Positions 1 through 15,453 of a stretch of DNA of 64,000 nucleotides are shown in pieces; the stretch's first letter is position 1; each line of letters opens with the position of its first letter. The translations under genes and the position numbers were made by a program. The notes below the pieces were generated by a model, which saw nothing but the letters and a program-made list of their open reading frames with translations, searched no databases and was not told where the DNA came from. The DNA is taken from the NCBI GenBank assembly GCA_977030845.1, contig OZ365114.1, forward strand, positions 19,220,001-19,284,000. The letters run 5' to 3'. The DNA is from Fimbriosthenelais zetlandica (taxonomy: Eukaryota).

Positions 1-2934
<2,934 letters not shown>

Positions 2935-3056
2935 TTTGTCGGGTTTTGATAATCGCAAAATGACCAAGTCTGAGCGGTGGCATGTAGAGGGGGTAGAACC
3001 AGTTGCTGCCACTGATGAAGGATCGTCTGCTCTGGCTTGATGCGGTCGGTAGCGGC

Positions 3057-3132
3057 TCTATATATGGAGGATCTATGTGATACGCTCTGACTGTTTTCTC
3101 CCAGCATTCATCCAAACTTTAGCTGTGAGTCA
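3057..3132 (-). promoter_or_regulatory. Probable MMP core promoter: TATA-like box plus AP-1 site
   Basis: TATATA at ~3064-3058 and TGACTCA (plus strand tgagtca, 3126-3132), 125-200 nt upstream of the ATG. AP-1 plus TATA is the classic layout of inducible MMP promoters. The TSS is inferred only. Confidence 0.45.
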
Positions 3133-5629
3133 TGCATAATAAACAGCCTCGTGACGATTCATTCCCTATATGGCTTGCTGTAGGCTACATCTTTCGTCGT
3201 TTCCAAAATCCCAGAACAAAAAGTTTTTGTTCCCTTCCTTTTCATTTTCTAAATTAAATCGGTCATGCCCTAAGGCTTTGTACAAATCTTAGTAAATGTC
3301 ACAAAGACCTAGCTACAGGTGAATTTACTCTAATAGATTACGTGAATCTAGATCTAAAGGGGGAAATAATTAGAATTATATAATGGGCCTACCAATTTGT
3401 TTTTTTTTTCAAAATTAATACATTCTTCAGTCCATCATGTATAATAATATTGAGAACAACTATTATGAATTAAAACCGGAAACCGATTTTAATTTCAGTG
3501 TTAAATGTTAGGCTACATGATGATGAATACACCCTAGGGTTGTTCGGGGGTGGCTTGTGTGTCCACGTAGGAGTAGAGGGGTGACGAACCATTCCGGGTT
3601 GTTTGTATCTTATTAATCTTAAGATCCCGGTACGGAGAGTGTGTACTATGCATTTACATGGTTGGGGGTGGATTTGCTTACATAATTGCAGGTTGGAAGC
3701 CTTTGATCAGTCCTTCTTCTCACATCACGAATACAGGAAAATGGCCTGGGTCACGTGTCTAATTGGAAATCTTAAAAAATGTATATATAAAACAGTATGT
3801 GAATATAATTGTTAGGCCCTAATGAGGTCTGATCGAATTTAAAGGATGTCCTAATATGCATGGTTACGTTATCATGAACAGGTTCCATATTGGAATTATG
3901 AGATCATCAGTGTATCTACAGTCTCAGGATATCACGTTTGGCTTTATGATCATTATACAAGGACGAGACCTGTATTCACGACTGCTAATTTTAAATAAAG
4001 CATTAAATATTCTTTAAATGCCGAAAGTAGGTCCATTACACTTCCTGTTTTGGTGTTTCTTTCTGTTAAGCATCAGTGGTTTTCTAGAGTTAGGATGGTG
4101 TTATAGGCCTACACCCTCCTATAATGTAGATCGGGAAAAAATCCTAGTGGACTTGTTGTTCACATAATATACGGAGGTATGGAGATTTGTGATTAAAAAT
4201 ATATTCATATAGCGCTTTCCTTTATCTATCTCAATAAACCTGGAACAGGTGGGTATACAGCTATAGGGGTGTAACAATACGTTGATTACCAACTTGGCAG
4301 TTACCTTGGGGATCACAATGCAGAACATTCTAAAGTTGTCACGACTGCCTTACAGATACAGTATTATCTCTATTCTCCTATATGAGGGGTATCTCCGCCC
4401 TCCACATCCCAATATGTCACGATGAAACACGATGGAATATTGAATAAGCACATTACAAAAAAATAAACTTTACCTCGTAATGCAAGATTATTAAAATAAA
4501 TTGTCCAGAGCAAAACCATTTTCAATGCCATGTTAATTAACGTGATATGCAACGTGTCATTACTACATGTAGTTGCATGGTCGCAGAAGAGGGAAAATGA
4601 ACCCTGTAAGTGGCTGTATGAAAAATAGACTGAAAATCTGCAATGATATTTTGTCACATTTCAGTGCACATTACATGGCAAAAGAGGACCTGGGACTATT
4701 TCTAAACTATTAACTTTTACTCGGTATGTGGTGGAGTGAAATTAGCAAAAACATTTTAGAGATAACCCTAGGATTATTTATGTCGTTAGTCTACTTCTTG
4801 CATTAATCGAGCCTTTATGCCTACCATACACATCCCATTAGGTAATGCGGTATGTCTGATATGTTAATGTATTAAATTTATTTTAGCTATCACTGCCTTT
4901 ACAGAGAAGGCACGTCAGAAGCAATTTGTGATATATGTGCATATGAATAATATCAAAATCAAGAAATTTGAATATATTAACTGTAAGATTGTTATATCAT
5001 ATTTGATTATTCATAATGAGTGGAAACCTGAGTGGGAACACTTGACAAACTCTCGGATGAGGGTCAAAGGAGGGGAGATGAGTCGTGAGGGGTTATTCAC
5101 TCATGCATTTTGGCAGACATGTTAGCCCCTACTATATACTTGTCACGGTATAATTCCTAAAGCATCCAATCCGTGTATATTATGACATTGACCTAATCAA
5201 GAATGTAGTCCAAATCTCTTATAATTATATGTTATTCTATTATATGGCATGCTCCCTAGTGCTCATAATAAGTAATCAGTGGAATAATTTTCTATATACC
5301 CGGTTAGTCTACAATGCATCTGAATAATTATATGAAGTGAACCTGAATATTTTCGAAAAAAGGTTAACCAGAATTTAAATAAAATAATATAATCGTCATA
5401 TCCAACCTGCAGCATAATGAAAATTCGAAAGTACGATATGAAAATGTATATGAAAATATTCATTATGGACCAGCCCTTATAGTCTATACAAAGGTATTTA
5501 CTTTGTCTGATAATGATCTGATAATGACTTTCATGGAAATGAACAATTTCCTTTGTTTCACAATGAGATAAACCCCCGTTTTTATCAAAGTATGGTCGAG
5601 TACAATCAATGCTAGCAGATGGATAGAAA

Positions 5630-5700
5630 GAATGAATGAATGGTGGTTTAACGCCATGCCAGCTGCTATAAGGCTACATTCATGGCGAGAGATTCAAGGA
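5630..5700 (-). mobile_element. SINE-like 3' end with (ATTC)n tail
   Basis: gaatgaatgaatggtggtttaacgccatgccagct (5630-5664) recurs with 1 mismatch at 54649-54683, where it is flanked by a TSD. Element extent uncertain. Confidence 0.55.
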
Positions 5701-8700
5701 TGCCCCAGTCATGTTTCAGGGCCTGTGGTTTGAGGTTCTTGTCCCGTGTACTTTACAGGATATGAATCAGAGAATGTGATGTCTATATCTACAAGCTAGC
5801 TCAGCTGCCTATATTGTATGATCATATTATATACAATGCCTTCAGCTCAATATAAACGGTGCAACCCCACTGATAAGGGACCATAAAAATATCTATTACA
5901 GGAGGGGGAAGGTGGTGGGGTGTCTACCTAGAGTACAATGCACGGGTCAGTCATTTTAGAGACACCTGTCCTTCATAGTACATGTGTGTCTACTAAAAAC
6001 AATAATCTTAGGTGCAGATCCCGTGAAAATAGGATAATATAGACCCTTAAAAAAATACCCTTTTATACTTATCGTTGACAGTAAGATACATAGTCTATCA
6101 GGTACTAAAATAGTGTACATAATGGACAGTACAATGGACTGGACCGAAACAAAATTGATCTACTTGTCGCCCCTTTTGTCTGGAATTCACACCCTCAACC
6201 TTGTTAACATTCACTACATATCATTTCTCTTTGCATTGTTGAAAGCTAAGTCTTCCATTGATTCCACTATTGATTACTATTCCACAGCAGACATATTTGT
6301 CTACTCATGAGTTTATCACTTGTTCAAATATTTAGCAATTCTACTTTGCATTCAAATGCATGATTTATTGCTTCTAGTGGACATTAAAACTTGGGAAGTC
6401 CAAAAATTATACAATTTCTATTGTAATCTTTCTATTTCCCACTTTTTTCATTTGTATTTCTTTTACTTTTTGTCAGGTAGGACACAAGACTCTGACTCAT
6501 AACCTCAAGGGACTTGAGGTATATAAAGACAGGGCTAGGAGTGCGCTTTGTGGTTTTGGAACCAGGGTTGGTAAAATATTGGCTTATTCATGTGTCACTT
6601 GGGAAATTCAAGAGGAGAGGCTTCATTGGAAGTCCTTGAGACTTTCCTTCTTCTTCTTTTGTTCAAGAACAGATGGAGGAAAATGTTATGGTTATTATGT
6701 AAAAAGGTGCAATGAATGAATGAAAAGTTCAAGGGGGAAATGAAATGACAGAAGCATAGATGTAAACGTATTCCATGAAGAAGTAGGATATAATTATAAT
6801 AGTGTTTACATTTTATATACCTACAGTAGACTACTTTGCTGATCAAATATTCAAGCACCTGTAGTGTAACAAATGATTCACTTGGGATTCCCAACGTGCA
6901 ATCTAAACCTGAAGGGGAATAGGCATAACAGAATTGGAATAAATTACTCAAGAATCTAGTGGGAATTTCGGATTCGTGGAGATGAGTTTTGTTTCGGAAT
7001 GAATAGAAGATCAACAGGCTACAGCTAGGGGCGGAATTCAAATGTGCCCTCAAGCGGACCGGGGTGACACAGATTCAAATTTCAAACACCCCATAATTTG
7101 CCCACCAATGTTTAGAAACTACTTGTTGTATCTAGACCATCAACTAACAACTGAATGTCACATATATGCATCTTTTATCGTCATTTGTCCGTCGTGTATT
7201 TCTTATTATTATTTTTCGTTAAGCTAGTTGCTGTCTCCACAACAAATAAGCGCGACTCCACTAGAATTCCATCCTCCTAGAATAGATTAAACACTCATGA
7301 ATCTTCCCATATTATAACTCTATTATAAGTAACTGTCGTTCTTATGAGCTGATAGCCATGCTTTGTAGATTAACCAGCAATGGGGCTGTCCCTACAAATA
7401 ATATATGTAAAATCGATTCCTAGCAGCGACTCTTAGAATGGACATAAAGTGGAATTTGAACACGACATAGCTTTACCATTGTGGTAGTGTATACATACAT
7501 ATCCATGGCACCAATATATGATACTGAATATTGAATCTCTATTGATATTGAATCTATATAACTGTTATATAGTTTCAGGTTCGCCATTACCGCAGATTTC
7601 TGTCCTCGATAATATTGGAGGATTAAAGCCAAGTGCAAGGGAAAAGACGTGATGTAAAACGGCTTTTAAAGTTCCACTTCAAGAGGGCTTCACAATAGTG
7701 GCGTATCATGCAGGATTCAGAATTGTCACGACTTATAAATGCTTTCCCAGGCCAGGGTCTCAGAAATCGTTTATGTAATGGGGCTGATATATATGTTCAA
7801 GCTATATACCTGTACGTTCCGCCTCCCTGGGAATGGAGATGATGGAAATGCTAATGGAAATGAATATAACCAGAGTTGCAGGCGTTTTTCTCTGTTATTA
7901 CACGTTCATCTAATGCAAAATAAAATCAACCCTATATAAATTTCCTTTCTTAATTGTAACTACAACGGGAAAGCTTTCCCAACAAGGAAGCTATCTAATG
8001 TGTAACCAAGTATTAATAGGCTAATGTGTTTTGGCTATCTCCCCATGTTTGGGAAAGCACCTCACCACCTCCCGACCTTAATTCATGGCCTATAGGAATA
8101 ATAGTTGTGATTTCATCGTTTCTGTTATAAGTAAGGCTCGGTTTACGTTGCCAGAGAAACCTACACGTGCCCACTGTCATGCCATTTACCCATCTATCAC
8201 GTGCATGCTCAAAGGCCTTTCCTCTAAAAATTGATAAAATATTGAAGTACTGGCTATCGAGGCATCATTGCATATTTAATGGACTTTTGTCTCACAATTG
8301 ATACAATTTATATTTTGTATCCGTTGGTTAAATAATTAGAGCATTATCTGCCGGATAATTCCAGGATCTACATGTATATTATTATTATGAGATATTTTGT
8401 AAGAAAATTTCTTAATGAAATTAATTTAAGACAAGTGGCCAATTATTAGGATGTGTAGTGAGTCATTTTACACTCGGACTGTTCTTGGCTTGTTTAGATG
8501 ATGTTGTGGCTTGGCTAGGAGTATTGTCATGGTAACCACAACATGGCACGGTTGTTTTGGTCGTGAAGGATATATGGTTGGGATTTCCCTGCATTCAATA
8601 CCCAAACCTTTGAACGTGAGAGCCTGTTGGCATGTTAGCTCTCTTCTATTGACGGATAATGAGAAGTTCCTCGTCAATAAACTTCCTCCCATCGATCGAC

Positions 8701-10728
8701 CCATATATCCATAATATGTAAAGCGAAAAAACATATTCAACACGAATTTCAAAATGTCGTAATTGATTAATAGGGTACATAGGCAAATCCTATGTATGGG
8801 GAGCGGGGAGGGGATCGGGTGCTTGTAGCGCACGACATATATTTGAGCGACAAAATAATTATGAATCTACAGGAGGCGGGAGTTGGTCCACTCGACCGTC
8901 CATCTGAATCCACCTGGAAATGGTGAGGGGAAGAGTAGAGGCGTTACGAAAATGCTCGTGAGTGGCGAGGCAATGAAAGAGGAAACTTAAACAACACATA
9001 TATCAGGCGGCTGGTTTGAACCGTCGTAATTCTCTCTCCCACGCACTCCCCCATCCTTTGTTAGCAATTCAGTTACAGAAGCACCTCAAGTTTTCAGATT
9101 TATCCAGAATTTCAGCCTAGGTAGTCTAATTAACCTTCTTTAAAGAATAAACCTCCAACAGAGTATGATTATAGTTGACACTTATGTAATTGCCAAACAA
9201 ATGAGCTTTGTTTCAAGTGACAGACTGATACTTTTAAGCATATTAATGTCAGGAGAATTTTGAGCTGTAAATTAGGACTCTCCTAAACCATGCAGCCAGA
9301 GTACACAAACTACTCTGACTGTTTGATGGATGTGAATCAAACTCGTTATGCTGTAGTAAACTTACAACCTGTCATACACAGTAGTGTGAGGAGCACCAAA
9401 GCTTTGTTTGAATGTGGCCATAATAAAGATTATACTACAGCCCTGGAACAATAGAATGGTGACATGATCTTGTCAGGTAACAACTCATGTCCCTCTTTCT
9501 GACGATGGCAATGGAGTAACACCCACAGATTGGGTCCTTTTACTTTTCATTTCTCGTCGTGAGCATACATTTTACTGGATCCAGGAGAAAGACAGTTCCA
9601 TTATGGATGCCTTCTATATTTTAAGACCCTTTGGGATAATCTTCTTCCTTAATCTCTATTTCAAAGGTGTTTTAAGTCAATATACGGAAGAGGATCTCTT
9701 TCAAGAGTTCGAGAAAGGGCTTCAAGGCAATGGACATTCAACACTCGAGTCTCCAATACAACTGAATCAGAGGTAATTTCAAGTAATACATGCTCCATTT
9801 ACTTTAAGGCTTTCTATGTAATAATTTGCCTCTATGTATACATCTCGGGATTATTTCCAGTGGGACATAGTCCTTCCGTATATAGCAATATACTAAGAGA
9901 AATACCAAGAAAACCGGTGCTATAAACTTTAAATGGATGCCAAACACTTGATATAAAATTAGTTTCATCTGGCGACTGCTAGAGACACCTTCAAGGACAG
10001 CCAAGATGACCGTTAAAAAACAGGGGTGCACGCGCTCCTTTATATAGAAGTTCTTGTCCAAATTATGTGGAGAAATATAGGGAATGTCCCTCCACGATAT
10101 ATTTAACGTGAATGATCAATTATGTCACGAAAAACTGGAAATTGCATGCTTCGAATTTAATTTCCTTTTCACAACAGGTTACCGGAATGGACGACATCCA
10201 TTCCAACCAACACACATAGACATGAACACAATTTGAATTTCGGGAGGAAGTATTGGAACGAGAGACAGATGAACCAATTAGTAATACAAGATGATGCTTT
10301 GACAGAAGGTTTGCTAGATACATATTCTCATTTTTCCATTGCATTTAAATCTATAGATCTAATTAATTTCTCGATGATCACATCAATTCAATTCAATGCC
10401 TTTAGTCCGCAATTATTGTTCATGAAATTTTAATTTAAAATATTCTGCTTTTAATTCAAAATATTCTGCTCTTTATGACTGCTATATGACACCTACACCC
10501 CATAAACTATTCATAATAGGTTGCTTCCCAGCAGGGGCTTATCAGCCATTCCTCTTAATATTTTATGTACACACATAAAATATAATGGCTCTAATTCCAA
10601 GGTAGAGCCTCCAAAATCCATCAAATTATAATTAGTTCGTTTTATACTAGTATTTGGTAATTTCAAGGATGTATTAATATAATATGTATTCACTCATGCC
10701 TTGTAACATTTATCATTTCTTAACCCAG

Positions 10729-11102
10729 AAAATATTATTGGAAAAGAAAACAGGAATGAGGTGGATAGAGACTACAACATGAGGATTGAGTCCAAGGTAA
10801 TATATGTCTTCGTGTACTACATTCAAACTCAAAAAAAACTAACAATATATTATCCAACACAGGTTATGACAAAATGATGTCAAACTAACGATTTCTCTTA
10901 TGTCTGAAAGCTGTTTTTAGAATCTACATTACACGACCCCAGAGAGGCACAGTGGGAACCGCTGAGCAATGCTTCAACCATGGACGGCCGCCTAGTCACA
11001 GTGGCGACGCCTAGTGTCAATTCATCAGCCAAACCCAGCTACTCACTCCACTACACGTGGCTCGTTCTTCTTGTGATCAAATCCATTTATATGCACTTTT
11101 AA
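10729..11102 (+). other. Candidate last two exons of an unidentified gene or pseudogene ending in a GPI-signal-like tail
   Basis: cag|10729-10796|gtaata reads (E)NIIGKENRNEVDRDYNMRIESK. aag|10911-11102 reads LFLESTLHDPREAQWEPLSNASTMDGRLVTVATPSVNSSAKPSYSLHYTWLVLLVIKSIYMHF*. The phases join. No upstream exon or ATG found. Confidence 0.35.
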
Positions 11103-13549
11103 TGAGAAATAATTATGTAAAGTCTTACACAATACAGAAAACGTCATATGGCTCTATATTTAAATATCATAAAAGAGTTGAATAATGGCTAGTGTGTCCG
11201 ACACTCACAATTAGATAGGCTGATTGAAGTGGATGTCACGCACTCTAATTGTAATTTATATAATTTGATATAATATGTTATATAGGCCTACATATAAATA
11301 TCTAGAACATTATGCTAACAGATGCTAGATAAAATAGAATCTATTGCAAGCTGAGAAGATTTCTATTATTTAATTGTAAATCATAGCTCTGTAAATTGCA
11401 CAAAACATGCTGTGTACAATATTAACAAAAAAATATATTAAAAGTTATAAATTGTTATGAATATCTCGCATTATCTTGACTTTTTAATATAGCCTAATCA
11501 TATTATTTTAGCATTGATTTTCACTGAGCCTTTCATATAAATCATTGTTACAATGACATTATTGCCCACTATTGGAAGTCGATTGGTTAATGCTGCTGAA
11601 TGGTGGCTAAAATCACCTAATGGCTCGTTGGTTTGGGGACAGGGCTTGGGTGGGAAATGGTGTTAGGGGCACGAGGATATAACGCAAATAGCCTCTATTT
11701 GCGCTAAAGTTAAATGACATAGAAAACACGGAACGAACACTGGAGGAGCGCAATGTGGAACACTCGCGATGTGTGGGGTAAAATGTTGAGACGTACAACA
11801 GAAGGAGGGAAGTAGGCCTACAAAGAGCGCTAAAAGACATGGCACCATATCAGATGTATGGACTGGCAAAGTGATCTTCATGGATTTGTTGATGGAACTA
11901 TAAGTTTACTTGGTATCAGGTGTCCAGTCCCTGAACACGTGCTGTGCTCTGTGCAGCTTTAAAATATGGAAGTATTCTCGTCGAAATAGCAAAGTGACTA
12001 ATTATGAGAGGTGAGTAAAATCTATGCTAACATTTCTTTGAATAAGTCAAATCCTTCTGCGTATAGTAAAGGGGACAGACAACAATGAAATTAAATCATT
12101 ATTTAGAGATGCAGGAAGCATGAAAGTAGCATAGAAATAGAATGTGGAATATGTCCGATTTGTGGGTCGAAAATACTACATGAGACGATCTGCCTATGGA
12201 AGCACGTGTGGACCTACAATAACATGGGATTGGAGACGGAGAGTACAGACAACATCCAATCTTTTGTTTGGAGGTCAGTCATGACATGGAGTTCATTTTT
12301 TAGAGACAGAAGCTGACTGACATGAATGCGATCAGTAGAGTCTATGAAACAAATATGTTGTGAAGAAGGGATATGAACGGTACTGCCAGGCACCCTACCC
12401 TCCCACTCACTGATCATACAATCATGAATCATACATGTCCTAAAGATCATATACACAAGCATATACGGGAACACATGTAAAGTCACTTCTTTATAACATG
12501 ATGCTTTACTTCTAACTCTCACCACATTGTGGCGTTAGGCTTTACCCATGTGGTTGTATGATAGGTCAGACTGGCCATCATTTACCCGGAGGGAGGGGCA
12601 CTTCAAAGTTCACATGAGAACCCATGCTTTTGGATTTCGAGGCCGAAGGTCGAGACACCCTAACTCCCATAGAGCCTGAATGTCAATGTGGGTTATTCTA
12701 TTCAGATCTCTTTAGTATACACGAAGCTTTGATGAAGAAATCACAGAATGTACCATCTACAGGAAACCATTTTCCGGGACATAGTATAGTAATAATTGTC
12801 TGTGAGAGAATGCACTATACGATTTGGTTAATGGGTATAGAGCATAAAAGGGGCTGGAGTGTACTAAAGACATCATGGGCTATTAATTCCCCCGCCCCCA
12901 AGAAATTGCGTGGCTCTTCAATCTTGTGAGGCAAGATTTTCTTTTACAAAATACTCTTTTATATACCGCAGGGAGTTTGATCAAATAAAAAACTAGCCGA
13001 CAGGAAGTAATGTACCCCTGTGCAACTGAAAATGGGCAGAGCATAAGGTACCCACTTTGGTTCTGAGTGCCCGCGATGGGTCATTACCTCTCGCCAACCA
13101 CCTTCCCTACTATCTCACTCTCTCCATCTCCTCTTTCTCCAAATTTTCTGCCAGTTGGAGGATCCCCATCCTCCACTTTTCTCTGGCCTACCTCTCCCCT
13201 AAACTTCCCTCCCAGACCCCCACCCTCCCCGCTCTTTCGCTCTCACTCACTCACTCACCCCCACACAAGTGGCCAGCTGGATGATCCTTTTGGTGGTCCT
13301 TCTCCATCTTTACCCTCCTCCTGATAGTATCTGCCCGGATCAGAGAGGATAACCATCACAGATCAACGCTCTAAACACTCCAAGCTTGCACCGCACAACT
13401 TCTGTCTCCTACTTCAATTCATCCCACTCATCCTACTAATCCACAACAGCCAGAGGGTAAGCTTTGCAAAGAAGTGCATGCCGGGCTTCTTATTAACTAC
13501 TGACTCTCTCAATTATTCTCTTTTCAGAGGGAGGCATAATTACCACATT

Positions 13550-15000
13550 AATTTATTGATTGATCAATTATCACTCCATATTTGTTTAATCTGAATTCAG
13601 TATTGATTAGTTGGAAAGGTTGAAATATTCTTTGAGATTCATAATTGCATGCACAAGGAAGTAAAAATATATTATGATTCTTTACAACACAGAGGGATAA
13701 GTGCAAGGTTTGGGTATTCATAAATATCAAAGAACAGGAGTTAAGGCACATGTATATAACTTCTCATATAAGAATATAGATTGGGATCGTGAGAGATGAT
13801 CCAGCTTGCATGTAAGTGTGGATGAAATTTGGTGGAAGATCAATCTAAATGTGGAAAGCTTACGTAGCGGAAGGATTATGTAAAGAGAGGAGCTCTGATG
13901 AAGGATAAACGATTAAAACTGATAGCACCCGGGATTAGGTGCACCCTACTGAGCAGGAGGAGCCAGCATTGGGGTGAGCAGATTACTGGAAAGCAAAGCT
14001 AACATATTATTTGATAACAATCCGTTGGTTTCTGCACTAGCTTACCCTCTTCATTTTTGTTAAAATGGGGTGGGTGAGGGTTGGATTTATTTCTTGCCTT
14101 GTTCCAAAGTTTTGAAATGATAATTAATTTTACATTATTCGGTCCATCAAGTGCGGTGCATACAATAGGTGGTTTCATGAGTGGGTAAGTTGTATGGAGC
14201 ATGGGGGCCTGGGAGCTGGGGACAAAGGAGGAAGTGTTGGACAGCTATAGAGAAGAATGGCTTGTCTTCCACCTATAACTAAGAAGAGTCAGAGTGAAGG
14301 AAGTCATTACCAATGCATGTACCTCTGAGAATAACGTCAGTCTTTTCCCGCCTGACATTTACATTCTGAAACAAATTAGCTCCAGTACCCTTTGGACGAA
14401 TCAAATCTTAATGTCCCTACAACTTCAGTTGTTCATTTCTGCTATTTTCATCTTATCTGCTTAAGAAAGCTGTCTCTTGTAAGTATCTTCTTATTTCTGA
14501 TTATTCACATGAAATAGTTCATATTCTCTCATATGAGCTCAATATCTCAGGCGGGGCAGCCTCCATTGAGCATCCTCAGGTGCCGATTTTGGTGGAAGAC
14601 CAGCTGTTTTCACCCATTTATGTCCACAAGTATTTTATATTTAAGTATTTTAAGTATTTTATATGCTTCATTTTGAGCCCATACAGTCTCCAGCATTTGG
14701 ACTCAAGGGCAGGGCTAGCATCATTTATTGAACATTTATAACACTCTTGTTCTGTGCTCCTCACAAGAAGGGCGCATGGATTGCTCCCCAAGTGGCCGTA
14801 CCACAACCTGTTTACAGCTGTATTGATCCGCGTTTGTGGGCTGGAAAAAGAATAATCCCGACACCCCACTTCCGGCAAAGCTCTGCAGTTTCCACCAATC
14901 AGGGTGCCGCGCAGAAACGGGCAGAAGAGGTTCCCAACGGATACCTGCATCGATTTGCTACAAGAGACCGGAAGCTTCTTTTCTAACCCCAAGAGAAAGG
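13550..15000 (-). mobile_element. Degenerate non-LTR retrotransposon (LINE) fragment, endonuclease to linker region
   Basis: Minus-strand translation gives broken APE-like motifs (gtagggacattaagatttgat, resembling VGDxN; TDVILRG; NDFLHSD, resembling SDH), followed by SKLWNK..NPHPPHF-type linker sequence. Many stops and frameshifts; boundaries approximate. Confidence 0.4.
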
Positions 15001-15453
15001 GGTTTTTATTGGATGAATATGGAACACTTGCTCTCTTTCTGTGGCTGGGGATGCTTTGAGCAACAAGAACTAAAGCACAGATAATTGGGTGAAGAATGGA
15101 GTGATGAAAAGAGACGGTATAATGTGAAGATGAATGGAGTGAAGATCAAGAAATAAGGTCGATACATTGGAGATGATTTGCCTATGCAGAAATGCAGTCT
15201 CTATATAAGAAAACGAGACAGATTTTTCAGGCGCCAGGGAATGAAAACTGAGTTTCCTCTGCTTTCTCACTTTGACGCCCACATGTTCTTTGTAGGGTAG
15301 CAATGCTAACACGTATGTGGAACTTGTATCAAACTAGTTACAAATGGTATAAGGAATACTAGTACTAGAATTCCAGCCATACTCGGTGAGTTGAATAACA
15401 TGCTGTCTTCTTCCTTCCTGTCTTTCTCATTAGCTACTCGACCGGTGAGTAGG

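Noticed and set aside
2935-3012. N-terminal extension of the MMP suggested by ORF 2638-3012
   Set aside because: Position 3012 is GTG, not ATG; the signal peptide begins at ATG 2934.
7155-7280. 41-aa ORF resembling signal peptide + KR (MSHICIFYRHLSVVYFLLLFFVKLVAVSTTNKRDS...)
   Set aside because: The hydrophobicity comes from a T-rich run; there is no usable donor or mature peptide.
3600-8900. Numerous 60-150 aa ORFs in the track (e.g. 6595-7053, 8468-8833)
   Set aside because: No recognisable motifs or phase-consistent exon chains; expected by chance in AT-rich DNA, and many start at GTG/TTG.
9100-10400. Minus-strand coding-like segment, faintly NACHT/LRR- or TE-like
   Set aside because: Many stops and no diagnostic motif; cannot be assigned without a search.
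11663-11881. Signal-peptide-like MVPCLLALFVGLLPSFC with a GTACGT donor
   Set aside because: No compatible downstream minus-strand exon found.
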